64,000 nucleotides of DNA from Zygnema circumcarinatum SAG 698-1b (Eukaryota; Plantae; Zygnematophyceae). Below the pieces are notes generated by a model. The model saw only the letters and a program-made list of their open reading frames with translations, was not told where the DNA came from and did not search any database. Location of the stretch: NCBI GenBank assembly GCA_037447605.1, contig CM074810.1, positions 3,568,880-3,632,879 of the forward strand, given 5' to 3'. Shown in pieces: positions 1 to 14,785 of the stretch; the first letter of the stretch is position 1, and the number at the start of each line of letters is the position of its first letter. The position numbers and the translations under genes are program-made.

Positions 1-805
<805 letters not shown>

Positions 806-812
806 GTGAGTG

Positions 813-1680
<868 letters not shown>

Positions 1681-1770
1681 AAGGCGGCGTTGTCTATGCC
1701 GCTGTTCCACTTTAACGCGCCAACCGCCTACTGGCCATGCCACACAAGCGTTTTATGGATCGAAAATACC

Positions 1771-2959
1771 AATAATTGCACTTGCAGTTTCCGCCACTAA
1801 AAGAGACGATGGTCGAAAAACACGAACGATAAGGCAGAAAACTCAGAAAAATCTCAAAAGTCTTAATGCTTCAAATGCAAGGGAACGACTTGAAAGTCAG
1901 TATGTGCTGCAGGCCATTCAGGAAAACAGGCAGTATCACTCTAGAGCATGCATCCATACCCACACGAGTTCTATACTGACAATCTTTCCATTCATAGACT
2001 GTAATATACGTATGAGAAGCTGGATTAGTTTATTTCGACACTGTAATGAACCACCGAGTCTTAAATTGAACTGCAAAACACTTCACGAGCTTAGAGTCTT
2101 CAAAGCATGTACTACGCGTCAACATCCAGCTTCCAGCTTTACCCTACGGTGAACTCGACTTGAGGTGATAAAAGTAATCGATACTTGGCCGGGCCAAATA
2201 GACCAACCTTAAGATCTGCAGTAGCATTATTAATAGTAGTCGGTTGTAAATTAGCTGCCGGGGCCACGCTGATTGAGACATGTGAGGCCTGCCTCCCGCC
2301 AGCTGGCTCAGGAATATGTGTTGCGGAGCGATTGCATGCCTCTCGAAACAAAGCCCCCACGACCCCTCTCATGCCGGGATGGAGCCGCAGACAGTAGCGT
2401 TTACTTGCAAGTGGCAGGGGAGCTGCACCCAGTCATTCTACAGCGGATGATCAGTTACTGCTTAGCGTCTTGGGGTTTCAAATTTTTGTTTTTTTTTTTT
2501 CTTTTTTTTGTACGGGAGGACACGTCAGATTTGTTCTGCTAACACGAGCTACTACTATTGGTGGAGTGGAGTGGTGGTCAAGGTACATAGCTAAAGTGTC
2601 AACTCAGATCGTCTCGGAAGGGATGCACGAGGAAAAAATAGATTCAAGGAGGACGTATGCCTGTGCGACTTATAGATAGAGATATAGCATCGATATCATC
2701 TGCGGAAGTGGGCCGAAAACTCCAACAAAGCGGAGTCTTTCTATTATGCCTGAAATGCAGTGTATTCGAGCTGAATAACATAGCACTTCTTGCCCATGGC
2801 TTCCCACAAGGTGGCATTATTCTGCCATGCAGGAAATCAAACTCTCCCTCTTCCATTTCTCCCCTTCGCTTTTTTTTCTTGGTGTTCTTTCACACACGTA
2901 TGCTGTATTTGCTTTTAGGCAATAACCCGCTGCTTTGCCAATCAACCCTTAGCAGCAAT
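1771..2959. other. Near-identical duplicate of 3069-4259 (includes the last exon of the SCA7 gene), ending at a 10-N gap
   Basis: Offset 1298, then 1300 after a 2-bp indel (AATCTTTCCA vs AATCTATTTCCA); paired identical ORFs, e.g. 2139..2372 and 3439..3672. Confidence 0.9.
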
Positions 2960-2969
2960 NNNNNNNNNN

Positions 2970-3001
<32 letters not shown>

Positions 3002-3438
3002 AGCAGAAATGACGGACAGAGGGCAATCATGGCTATGCTATTAAGAAGCACGTGGACGAGCAACAATTAATAATTGCACTTGCAGTTTCCGCCACTAAAA
3101 GAGACGATGGTCGAAAAACACGAACGATAAGGCAGAAAACTCAGAAAAATCTCAAAAGTCTTAATGCTTCAAATGCAAGGGAACGACTTGAAAGTCAGTA
3201 TGTGCTGCAGGCCATTCAGGAAAACAGGCAGTATCACTCTAGAGCATGCATCCATACCCACACGAGTTCTATACTGACAATCTATTTCCATTCATAGACT
3301 GTAATATACGTATGAGAAGCTGGATTAGTTTATTTCGACACTGTAATGAACCACCGAGTCTTAAATTGAACTGCAAAACACTTCACGAGCTTAGAGTCTT
3401 CAAAGCATGTACTACGCGTCAACATCCAGCTTCCAGCT

Positions 3439-6400
3439 TTACCCTACGGTGAACTCGACTTGAGGTGATAAAAGTAATCGATACTTGGCCGGGCCAAATA
3501 GACCAACCTTAAGATCTGCAGTAGCATTATTAATAGTAGTCGGTTGTAAATTAGCTGCCGGGGCCACGCTGATTGAGACATGTGAGGCCTGCCTCCCGCC
3601 AGCTGGCTCAGGAATATGTGTTGCGGAGCGATTGCATGCCTCTCGAAACAAAGCCCCCACGACCCCTCTCATGCCGGGATGGAGCCGCAGACAGTAGCGT
3701 TTACTTGCAAGTGGCAGGGGAGCTGCACCCAGTCATTCTACAGCGGATGATCAGTTACTGCTTAGCGTCTTGGGGTTTCAAATTTTTGTTTTTTTTTTTT
3801 CTTTTTTTTGTACGGGAGGACACGTCAGATTTGTTCTGCTAACACGAGCTACTACTATTGGTGGAGTGGAGTGGTGGTCAAGGTACATAGCTAAAGTGTC
3901 AACTCAGATCGTCTCGGAAGGGATGCACGAGGAAAAAATAGATTCAAGGAGGACGTATGCCTGTGCGACTTATAGATAGAGATATAGCATCGATATCATC
4001 TGCGGAAGTGGGCCGAAAACTCCAACAAAGCGGAGTCTTTCTATTATGCCTGAAATGCAGTGTATTCGAGCTGAATAACATAGCACTTCTTGCCCATGGC
4101 TTCCCACAAGGTGGCATTATTCTGCCATGCAGGAAATCAAACTCTCCCTCTTCCATTTCTCCCCTTCGCTTTTTTTTCTTGGTGTTCTTTCACACACGTA
4201 TGCTGTATTTGCTTTTAGGCAATAACCCGCTGCTTTGCCAATCAACCCTTAGCAGCAATCGAGTTGGAGGAAGTTCTCCAAAAACTCAGGGATGAAAGAC
4301 TCCAGCAACGACCCAGAGATACATCACGTACAAGGACAGGAATGAGCACGCCAGCTTTCACTCCTCAATACAATTGTGCAAGAAAATGGAAGCTGTGAAT
4401 TATTCATGAAGTACAGCCCTACAAGCTCAAGCGCATAGCACAACTGTTCGACCGACAGACAAGGGATTAGGGAGGAGGGGAAAGAGGGGGAATAGAGGAA
4501 AGGAGGAAGGGAGATGGGCGCAATAAATCAAATACTGCATTGCAATGTCAGAAGTGGGAGAGGGCGGGACGCAGAGAGGGAAAAGGGAAGGAAACGGCAC
4601 TGACCCCAAGACTGCATCGTATGCATCGCACTATCATTGGTACTGGCTCCATGACCTTCAGTGTGGTTTCCACCTATCCACCCGCAAAGGCAACGACTGT
4701 GGTCAGAAAAGCTCTGAAGCAAAGAAGTGCGTAGAGCTTATTCTGAAGATAACGAACGCTTCTGAACAGCCAAACTAATCAAGCTAGACCAATCCAAATC
4801 AAGGAAACATTGATTCTCCAATACCTGGACGGAGGGCTCGCTGTCTTGCCCGAGCTTTGGCTTCCTGCAATAAGACATCGTATGGTCTGCTCCTTCCTGT
4901 TATTGCCCGTTTGCTCGACTCTGAATGGTATTTGCCTGCAGCAGGAAAAAAACAATGAGTTCCAAACATAAACGGACAAAAGATGAGCTGCAGAATAAAA
5001 TATCGCTGAGTGCCAATAGCATTCACAGCAGACAGAACAATGATTAATTGGCCAACGCAATGACAGTAAAATGCTCTCAGAAAATTCACCAGAAAAAAGA
5101 AGGAGAAGTCGATATTTCACTTATTAAAAACAATACACAAACAAAGAGGCATTATAGTTTCACCATTTCAAGTATTCAACTCACAAGCAAGTGACCGTCG
5201 ACAGGGTGCACCGCTATGTGGAGAGATAACACCACAGCAGACATCACACTCCTCTGCAGATAAGGGGGATGTCGACGAGTTTCTGCAGATACAGCAAGTT
5301 CATAATTAATGGACAGCGGCTTGACGGTACATGACCATACGTACTCCCCCTTGCAAGAAGAAACGCTGCTTAACTAGTTCCACGATATCTTTCAACTTTA
5401 TCGACTATCCAGAAAGAAAATCGCATGGGAGTTCACACACACTGGAAAAGCACCTTCAAATTCAGACTACTGCTGTATGCACAAAATCCACATACCATAA
5501 TGGTCTCAAAAGTGTGCAGTCTTCACGAAACCCTCAGCAAGTGTCCAACACGCGTAAACTTATACAAGTTTCCATAAACCTGCAAGCCTACTTACAATCG
5601 TGCACGTTTTCGTGGAGACATGCTCTCAGATAAGTGAGCAGTAGTGTTCCCAAAACCCGTGTGAACATTTGCTGCTCCTCCAGGACCAAGCTCCTCCGCA
5701 GTGTCGGTCTCCTGCATTCCTGTACAGCGTCCCACATGAATACCGGTAAATAGACTATTGAGGGTTCACAAGTTCACAGATGGATAAAGATCTACTTTCC
5801 TGGTTCATCAACTGCCTGCCTTAGAAGGAAGTCGATCATCACAATAGACTCTTGCCCGATTGCTCACAAGGTGACAAGGGAAAAGATAGCCCAAAGTCTG
5901 ATTCTCACGTTTCACGCCTGCAGTCTTCCCATAGTTGGTTGCTTCTTCCTGCACTCCCGGAGCGCCTAAGGCATTGACAGATCCAAAATTGTCTTCTCCT
6001 TCAAGACCCACACTCCCTCGATATGAATCACCTAAACTCGAAAGTTAAGGGTACAGCTGAATTCAAAAAAATCGGAGGGGGGGTTTAGGGGGGGGGGGGG
6101 GCACGTATGTGAAGAATCTACAGCCATTCTTTGTCCTAAATAATTCCACAAAATATCAAAAAGCGACTTTTCAAGTTGCATTTGAAATCAGCTGGGAAAG
6201 CAGGCAACTCCATGCATCTGCGCCAGATATCATTTTGGGGACAGAATGGGCAGCATTCTACGGCTCAGTTCACTCATTTTTCATAAAAGGATACTGTCTT
6301 TCGCTTTTTTGCGCGCTTTCCGGGGAGGCTTCTGAGTCGTGGTTGCCGTGATAGCTTCATGTTGAGCCCCTTCTTCATCTGCAGATGCCAACATAAGGCA

Positions 6401-7976
6401 TCTCTCTGCAGTTTCATGCATATCACATGACAGGTCAGTACATTAAAGAAGTGTCAAACATGTCTTACAGTTTCAATATATCAGACAGCAAACGACATAC
6501 AAATTAAAAATGCTTCTGAAGATTTATGTAGCACTAAAGGGAGGCAAGCAGGAGCAAGTGAAGATAAACGGAGATGAAGCTGCAGCGGTGCCACTGTACA
6601 AGTTTCAAGCATCCATCACATCCGTGAGATAAAAAAGGCCTCTGAAGTCACAACTTGCCTGCATGTTGTGCGTAGTGGCTCTCCTTTACAGGCTTATGAC
6701 AGCCATTGCAGACTACCTGTGGGAAAAGCCACAATACAAAGAATCTGAGACTCCACAGTAAGCAGGGTGACAAGAGATACGCTGATTTTGCACATAGTAA
6801 GATGCACACATACTGTGCAGAAAACAAAAAGCACAATGGCTGTTTGGAAAAATCATGGAATCAAGACAACCACCTAACAATGAAATGAAACCTAAAAGAC
6901 AAATAAGAAGTGTGTTGAACGTGAGACAAATACAAAAACAAAGATATTTTGGACATGTGTGCTTACCAGCTTCAAATTGTCCATAAGTGGCATATGCTCA
7001 AAAACGTGCATGTCTGTGAAAAAGTGGTCAAGGAACAACTTCAAGATGAACAACACAGCTTACAATACAAGATGAAAATACAGAGCAGAAACGATTATCA
7101 TAGCAATACATCTACAACAGCTCGGTCAAAAAAAAACGGGGGAAAGCTACATATGAGCCAGGATACCACTCTCATCGAGGAGATGAGGTGTGCTTGCATC
7201 CATAATCTCCTTCTGGAGCTTCTCTACTGCTTCTTTCTCCTTTGCTAAATCTTCTGCAGCAATAGCTTAAGGAAAGAGTCAAGAAGGATCACTATAAGCC
7301 CCATAGATAACATCATTAAAGAAACAATAATCTGCTCTAAAATAGAGAATTGAGAATTTCCGGGTACAATGAAGTGATTCTTCTACAGGACCACAGAGTA
7401 CACATGAACTTCGGATAACAGTAGCTATTGAAAAATTGAAAAATGCACGAGCATGAAAACGACGAACTAACTGCTGAAACGAAGACCTAACATCCTAAGT
7501 TATCAAGTGAGACAACCTGTAAGGTAAAAAAAAATTAACTGGGTTTGTTAAAGAAAATAAAATCAGCTGTAAACAAACAGAGAACAAGAGAAAAAGCAAG
7601 AGCAAGAGCGAGATTAAATGGAGAAGGTTGTTCAACCTGCGAGAACTTCAGTACTGTCATCTATTGCTAGTGCCCTTTCAATCGCTGCCATATAACCAAC
7701 TCGTCCGTCCGTTCCAGTACTCTGATTACTGCAGCAAACACATCAGAGAAATCCACCTGCATTTAGATTATGACGAATGACTAATCTCACATCAAGATCA
7801 GTAGCAGAAGTGAACAGGAAGAAAAAATTAAGAAAGACCAAACAGACCATCCTCGTCATCATCCTCAACCTCTCCTCATCATCCTGCTCGTCATCCTCCT
7901 CCTCCTCATCATCATCATCATCGTCCCGTAGACCATTCGCGCAGTGATTATCATCATGTTCAGGACACTCAAGCAT
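3439..7976 (-). CDS. SCA7-domain (ataxin-7/SGF73-like, SAGA DUB module) protein, multi-exon
   Basis: Spliced exons (7870-7976, 7637-7728, 7167-7265, 6967-7013, 6659-6716, 6295-6405, 5909-6031 and further) give LLDESDMHVF...VVCNGCHKPVKESHYAQHAERC (plant-type N-terminal Zn finger), [41 protein letters not shown] (SCA7 domain) and last-exon PLPLASKRY. Start codon is either 7976 or 7691; exons between about 3.75 and 4.7 kb are unresolved. Confidence 0.85.
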
Positions 7977-8056
7977 TCAGAGAATCGGTCAATTGACCAA
8001 AAAGCTGATCAGCATTGAAGCATAAACGAAGGTTAACTAAAAGCTCCTGCAGAAGC

Positions 8057-8916
8057 TCACGATGCGAAACGAAGCTGAGGATCATGACCCTCCTGCTCGA
8101 ATATAGGAGCAATCTGTTGCACCAGCACTGTCACTGGTACATGTTGCAAGTCTTCTGGCAATGATGCGATTTGCTTCTCAATTTCTGCATGAACAGAACA
8201 TATATGCAAAGAATTACAAATAAGCGCTCATCCTTCGATAAGATGCAGATAAAGCTTGAGCACGAGCCCCTACCACAGCAAAACGCTAATCACAAAGTAT
8301 GGACTCTGCTCAATATTGCACATGATATATATTTCGTCCAAATCTTGGAAAGAGCAACTAAATTAACAAGCCATTCGAAGACCGCCGCGTTCACAGGATG
8401 CTGCTGAGCTAAAAATAGCGTCAACAATTGTATCAACGCATACTGACATCTCTTCGCTATAACGTCACAGACAGACAGCATCAGCAGATAGATCCTCGAC
8501 AGCTGTGTTAAAAAACGAGACAAACACGACAAAATCTCCCCCAGCTTCAACGATTTCAGTGCCACTAGGGAAGAGATGGCACCAGTAAGACCAACAGGTG
8601 ACAATCAACCCTTGTCCACCTATCAAATAAAGGAATCTTTTTGCAAATAAGTATTTTTCCAAAATTAACGTAATCCAAATTTTCGCTCCTCTTCACCTAT
8701 GTTCAAGGCAATCAGGCCATGCAATCAGCCAGGAAAACGCGCCTGCTGCTATTAATTTTCAACTGCCCGCAAGCCAAAGGTTCCTCTTTTTTCTTAGCAA
8801 AACGAATAGCCAGGGGGGGAGAATAGAAGACGGAAAGTAGGCAATGAACAACCTGCGCGCAGCAACGTGATCTGATGATGGTTATCTTCGAGAGATTTTG
8901 TTAAGTCCGAGGCCAT
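8057..8916 (-). CDS. Candidate small spliced ORF (about 63 aa, coiled-coil-like)
   Basis: Exons 8853-8916 and 8057-8184 join in phase with GT-AG sites: MASDLTKSLEDNHHQITLLRAEIEKQIASLPEDLQHVPVTVLVQQIAPIFEQEGHDPQLRFAS. No recognised family. Confidence 0.3.
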
Positions 8917-9710
8917 CACAGAGGCCAGCGTCCTGCTGGCTTGCATGCAGACTTTGCCGCATGGGAAGGACTAATCTCCACCATGCCTTCAGTCGCAGAA
9001 GGTATCCGCTTGCAAGCGTCTGATATCTTGATTCAGACTTGAGAACGAAAGACTGTCACCACCAACTCTTCAACAAGCATTCAACTATCTGCTTCTCTGC
9101 CTGCACGTGTGCATCTATCTATCTGCTCCGATCCAGAAACATACAGAAAGCGCACAGAATTGCAGCTGGCATTTGACTGATCAATGCTGCAGCATTCTGC
9201 TGATAAACGAAAACAATGTAATGGTGAAACTGGCCTTCAAATCCTGCGTTTCTTGCAGATTTCACACCCTCTTGTCGCCCTTGCAGGGGCGGAATCTGAG
9301 AGGCAGAGAGTGAGTTTCAGAGCGATTGGAGAAAGCCGAGCAGAATCAGAGGGAAGGCCTCGCAATCTTTGACTTAGTCCGGAATACAAGCTCGTAAACA
9401 GTACAATCTGCCCCGGCAAGTACCGTAACAAAAAGCCGAAAGCAATGTACTGATTTTTAAAATATGAAGCGCCATGAGTCATGGCCCATGACGCACGCCC
9501 TAGCGTCGTACTGATCTGGACGCCGCGGCGCCCACCATCCCCATGGGGGCCCATGGGCAGGCATGGCATGGGGCATGCATGTGCCCATGCATGGGGGCAT
9601 GGGGGCATGGGGGCAAGGCACATGGCCACATGGAGCACATGGTAAACCCATGAATCCCATGGACTCGTGGATGCCGTACGATGGATGCGTACTGTACTGT
9701 ACATACTGTA

Positions 9711-9942
9711 CAGTGGGGGGTCCTCGTATTTACCACCCCAAGGAGTGCGTCCTCAATATTTTCGCCCCAATTTTGCCGAAACCACTTTTTTGTACGGTAA
9801 CTTGTGTTAGCCGTACTGCTCGTACTGCTCGTACTGTTCGTACTGTCCGTACTATCTGTACTAGCCGTTACGGGCTTACGCAAATCGCACCTAATCTCCC
9901 CGCTCGTGCCGCCGTAAGAGGCGCTCGCTCTTCTCCCCGTCT
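9711..9942. mobile_element. Partial copy of the TA-flanked TIR MITE (inverted relative to 40290-40865), cut by an N gap
   Basis: Begins TA|CAGTGGGGGGTCCTCGTATTTACCA; about 230 bp match the reverse complement of about 40655-40865. Confidence 0.8.
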
Positions 9943-9952
9943 NNNNNNNNNN

Positions 9953-10841
9953 AGTCAAAGTGAGCTGGACACGTGGAACAGACTCGACGGCAAGCGAAAC
10001 AAACGGGGGCGCACGAGCCTGAGCACTAGCAGGAAGCAAACCATGGGCATCACGCAATGCAACCTGAAACGGAAGATCACCATCATCAACATGAGCGACA
10101 ACAGACTGAAGCAACGGACGATCAGCCACAATAAAACGCGAAGCCAAAATAGGAGCAACGAGAGCCCAACTACCCAAAAACGCAGAAGGCGCCACACGAA
10201 CTGTCGGGATGAGACCTAAACCGCCCGCCGAAATAGGGAGCGAGGCTTGCGTACGTGCAAGCGGACCCTCCGGTCGATCGAAAATACCAGGACCCAAAAG
10301 GCGATGACATACAGAAAACAAACGCTCATCGAAAGATTGCAATGACTCAAGGNNNNNNNNNNCTAAAGGGTCGCCTTGGCGGGTCCCGGTCGCAGACTCC
10401 AAGGTCGCCACTCCACCAGATGCATCGCCAAGAGGAAAAAGGAGCGGGCTCGAACGAGAATAAAATGTGCGCACAAAAGGAAAAAGGGACGCAATCGGTG
10501 CAGGGGCCTCTCGTAACTCGCGAAAAATCTCATGACGATCCACCGTATTAAAAGCATTTGTCACATCAACCTGCAAAACAACCCAATCAGGGTGAAGATC
10601 CTACGTCGCACGAATGCCATGAACTACGGCCTCGCAGCCCCCAGGGGTCGCCACACCAAACTGGTAAGGGGAAAAATGATCCTGAAAAGCCCCCTGTAAC
10701 TGAAAACACATAGCGCGAGCAACCATGCGATACAAAACCTCCCCTACGGCTATGGGGCGAACTCCCCCTGCAGGCTTGGCAAGGGCAACCAAACGAGCTG
10801 ACGTAAGAATATGACTCACGGACGAGGGAACACGACCCTAT
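9953..10841 (-). mobile_element. CRE-clade non-LTR retrotransposon, reverse-transcriptase region, disrupted
   Basis: ARLVALAKPAGGVRPIAVGE, QFGVATPGGCEAVVH, LQVDVTNAFN, GTRQGDPL and ASLPISAGGLGL motifs typical of CRE-type RTs; in-frame TAG at 10601-10603; N gaps at 9943-9952 and 10353-10362. Confidence 0.8.
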
Positions 10842-11314
10842 GACCCTATGATTGCATGTGTGCCTATTTAATGGAAAGAAGGAAAAACAAAAAGAAAAAG
10901 TGGTTTTTTTCTGTTTTAAAGAAGGAATGGAGGATGTGGTATTGATCTCAGGTGGCGATGATGCCATCAAATGCACATGAACATAAGCATCATGGGGAAC
11001 CACGAGGAACTGGGCGCGAAGGACCTAAGCACAAAAGAAAAAAGTTTAGGAGCTGGACAGTCCCTAGTCCCCAGACCGGAGGGGGGAGGGGGTCAGTCCG
11101 TCTCTTTTTAGGTTTAATGCGAAGTTCGCGATAGCGAGGGCATGAATTGATGGACTGCTTTCTTTACGCTTGTAAAGTGAAAGCGACAAGAAAGCTTTCT
11201 CGCTTGGCAAGAGAGAGATATTCATCAGTAACCTCCAGCTCTCGCTAATTATTCATAAGCTATCAATCTCTCTCTCTCTCTCTCTCCCTCTCTCTCACTC
11301 TCCCTCCTGTGGTT

Positions 11315-12569
11315 ATGGAAGTTCCGGAGTGGTACAGGGAACCCTGCATGCTCGGCATAGACGAAGCCGGCAGAGGCCCTGTTCTTGGTCAGTGCGTGCG
11401 CCTTCTTAGAGGGTGATGATGGTGTTGTTATCAATGCAGCTGAGACGATAATTTTGGGAACAGCTGCTGAGTTAATGTATTGCATGAGACTGACATCCTT
11501 GACATCGCCCCTGGTTGTGCAGGGCCGATGGTGTATGGCAGCGCCTTCTGCCCCATATCTCAAAGCGAGCAGCTTGCAACAATGGCATTTGCAGGTGCTT
11601 CTCCTCCTCCACCTCATCATCATCTTTACCTCCAAACTCGCATCCATCCTCGGGCTGCAGCTTCTATTGCGTCCGAGCAGCTGCTTCAAGTATTCTTGTC
11701 ATGGGCAGTCAGTTTCCAACCTTTTTGAGAAAGCGAGCGCAGACAGCACTGAAGATTAGGGTTAGGGTTAGGGCTTGGTCGGCAGACTCGAAGACCCTGA
11801 CAGAAGCGAAGAGGGAGGCGCTATTTGAATCGATGAAGGCGTGCGGATGGATGGGATGGGCTGTGGATGTGATCAGCCCCCAAGCCCTCTCCGCGCACAT
11901 GCTTAGTATGTGAGCATCCGAGCCAATCGTGCAATACCAAGTGGCAGCAGGAGTGGGAGAAGACGAAGATATTGGCGGGGAGAGAGAGGGAGAAATGGGA
12001 AGAGAGGGGGAGAGTGGGAGGGAGAGAGGAGAGAGGGCGGAGGGGGAGAGGAAGGGAGAGAGCGAGAATGAGAGAGAGGGAGACGGTGGAGGACTTTGAG
12101 GTTTTGGAAAGTGGGATGAAGGGAGTAGGGAAGGGAAGTGAGAATGAGGAGGCAAGCGAGGAATGATGGAGTGAAAGTGCAATTAAAGGGTGGAGCGGAG
12201 TGGGAGGCAAAGAGAGCATCGAGTGGGAGATGGAAGGAGGGGAGATAGGTTGAGAAGCAGGAATTGCCGGGTTTACCATTCTAAGTATGGAAATGGGAAG
12301 GGGTTTTTAGGGTGAAAAAAAGTTTGAATGCAATTTCACACGACTCTGCGATGGGTTTAATTCAACGTGCCCTCGATGCAGGAGTGGTGCTAAAGGAGGT
12401 AAGTTCCATGACCCTATTTATTGTACTTTTGCCAATGTCTTGAAAGGAAGGTAACATGTATACCAGAGAGAGAAATGCTGACATCGTCGGTGGAGTTGTA
12501 TGTTTTCTTCAATGTTTTGTGCGTTTTTCCACTCTTCCCTTCCCTCCTCCCTCTTTCTTTCTCTCTATT

Positions 12570-12624
<55 letters not shown>

Positions 12625-14413
12625 GGCTCCACATCATATACCTCCTGTTCTCCCCCGTTTCCTTTTTAATCTCGCATAATCTACCACCCCCGTTCCCTCC
12701 TCCAGCTCAAAGTACTTCCTATTTCGAATTTTCCCAGGTCTATGTCGACACTGTTGGTGATGCTGAACGATATGAATCCCGGCTTAGCGAAAAATTCTGT
12801 GGCATAAATTTTACGGTTCGAAAGAAAGCAGACAGCCTTTTCCCTATAGTTAGCGCTGCATCCATCGCGGCAAAGGTGAGAGCCACGTTGTTTTTTTGAT
12901 TTTTCCACCCCTCTTACCTTTGCTATCGTTGAAGTTCATCCTTTGTTGTTAGGTTTTAACTTTTCCTATTCCACTTGAAATTTATAGTCCATTTATGCGA
13001 AGGGTTTTCAGGTAACTCGGGATCAAGAACTTAAGAATTGGATTAATGGGGGCGACTACCCTTTTGAGCGAAATTTTGGGTCCGGATATCCAGCAGGTAA
13101 CTCGTATTTTTTTTCCCAATCAATCCCCCTCTCTCCTCTTTCCAATCCTCCCACCCATTCCCCTTCCTCCCACGTCCTCCTCCTCTCCCTCCATTACTCG
13201 CTTTTCGGGTCACTGTGCGAGCCCTGCATTAGTCACCTTGATCTTTCAGTGTCGAGTGAAGTTGCTGTGAAGCTCTTCCTCGGTTCTGTACTACATCCAG
13301 ACACCCTAAAAACCGTAAAAACCCTAAAAGTAGACATTGGATTCGTCCACTTCGTGTATGCAGTTCGCAATGTTGGCGAAATGTACTTTTGTGCCGACAG
13401 TCTCACTCTCTCTTTCCCTTTCCGTCTCCCTTTCTCCCTCTCCCTCTCCCTCTCCCTCTCCATCTTCCTTTCCCTCTCCCTCTCCATCTCCCTTTCCCTC
13501 TCCCTCTCCCTCTCCCTCTCCTTCGCCCTCTCCTTCTCCCTCTCCTTCGCCCTCTCCTTCTCCCTCTCCTTCGCCCTTCCCTTCTCCCTCTCCTTCCTTC
13601 GCCCCTCTCCTTCTCCCTCTCCTTCCTTCGCCCTCTCCTTCTCCCTCTCCTTCGCCCTCTCCTTCTCCCTCTCCTTCGCCCTCTCCTTCGCCCTTCCCTT
13701 CTCCCTCTCCTTCCTTCGCCCTCTCCTTCTCCCTCTCCTTCGCCCTCTCCTTCGTCCCCCCCTCCCTCCAGACCCGGACACAAAGGCCTGGCTGCTTGCC
13801 CACCGCGAGCCCGTCTTTGGCTTCCCCGACTTGGTGCGCTTCAGCTGGGCCACCTGCCGCCCGCTGCTGGAGGAGGCCTGTGTGCCCGTACATTGGTGAG
13901 CCGCTATTCCCAGAACTCTCTCCCCCCTCTCCTTCTCCCTCCTCCTCTCTACCCCTCTCCCTCTTCTTCGCTCCCCCTTTCTCTCTCCCTCTTCCTCTTC
14001 CTCTCTCCCCCTCTCCCTCTCCCTCTTCCTCTCCCCCCCTCTCCCTCTCCCTCTCCCTCTTCCTCTCTCCCCCTCTCCCTCTCCCTCTTCCTCTTCCTCT
14101 CTCCCCTTCTCCCTCTCCCTCTTCCTCTCCTCCCCTCTCCGTCACCCTCTCCCTCCTCCTCTCTCCCCCTCTCCCTCTCCCTCTTCCTCTCTCGCCCTTT
14201 CCCTCTTCCACTTCCACTCTTCCCTCTCGCTCTCTCTCTCTCCCTCCCACTCTCGTTTCATGGGCTACGTTTGAGACATGCAGGGACGGTGATGAGGAGG
14301 AAGAAAACTCCAAACGGAAAAGGTTGTCAAAAGTGGAGTTTGAAAGCAGTGCTGCGCTTCGCCACTCGTTCTTCCGTGCAAGGCAACTGCAGACTGTTCA
14401 CACTAAATTGTAG
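11315..14413 (+). CDS. RNASEH2A: Ribonuclease H2 subunit A, 8 exons
   Basis: Exons 11315-11387, 11523-11594, 11786-11909, 12311-12398, 12738-12875, 13012-13096, 13772-13895, 14284-14413, all GT-AG and in phase; motifs [63 protein letters not shown]. Confidence 0.96.
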
Positions 14414-14785
14414 CTGTTGCATGGTCTTCTTTTTGCACAAGGAAATTGTTCTTATTGTTAATGCGACATGAACATGTTCGGTGGCTTAGAAGCTGTTTTT
14501 TAAGATGTTGGGGTTATTTTATGAGGGCATTGCTTTGGGCTGCCCCTTTACGGGCATCGATCGGTATCGCCCAATTGCTCATTCGAATGAGACGCGCCGT
14601 TTTCGCTCAAAATAACGTTAATTCTCCTTTCCATTCCCACTCGGCGGGTTTTGGTGCAACGAACTGAACTGAAACTGAAACTGCGATTGCAAAACGCAGC
14701 TGCAGTGTAGTGTTCCAAAAGCCCAAAATTGGCGTGCAGAAATGCAAACTCCAGAAACGCCTATGTTGGATAGGGACAGGGACAA

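Noticed and set aside
9500-10576. 358-aa ORF as one protein
   Set aside because: It is a chimera of CRE RT, two N gaps and non-coding MITE sequence.
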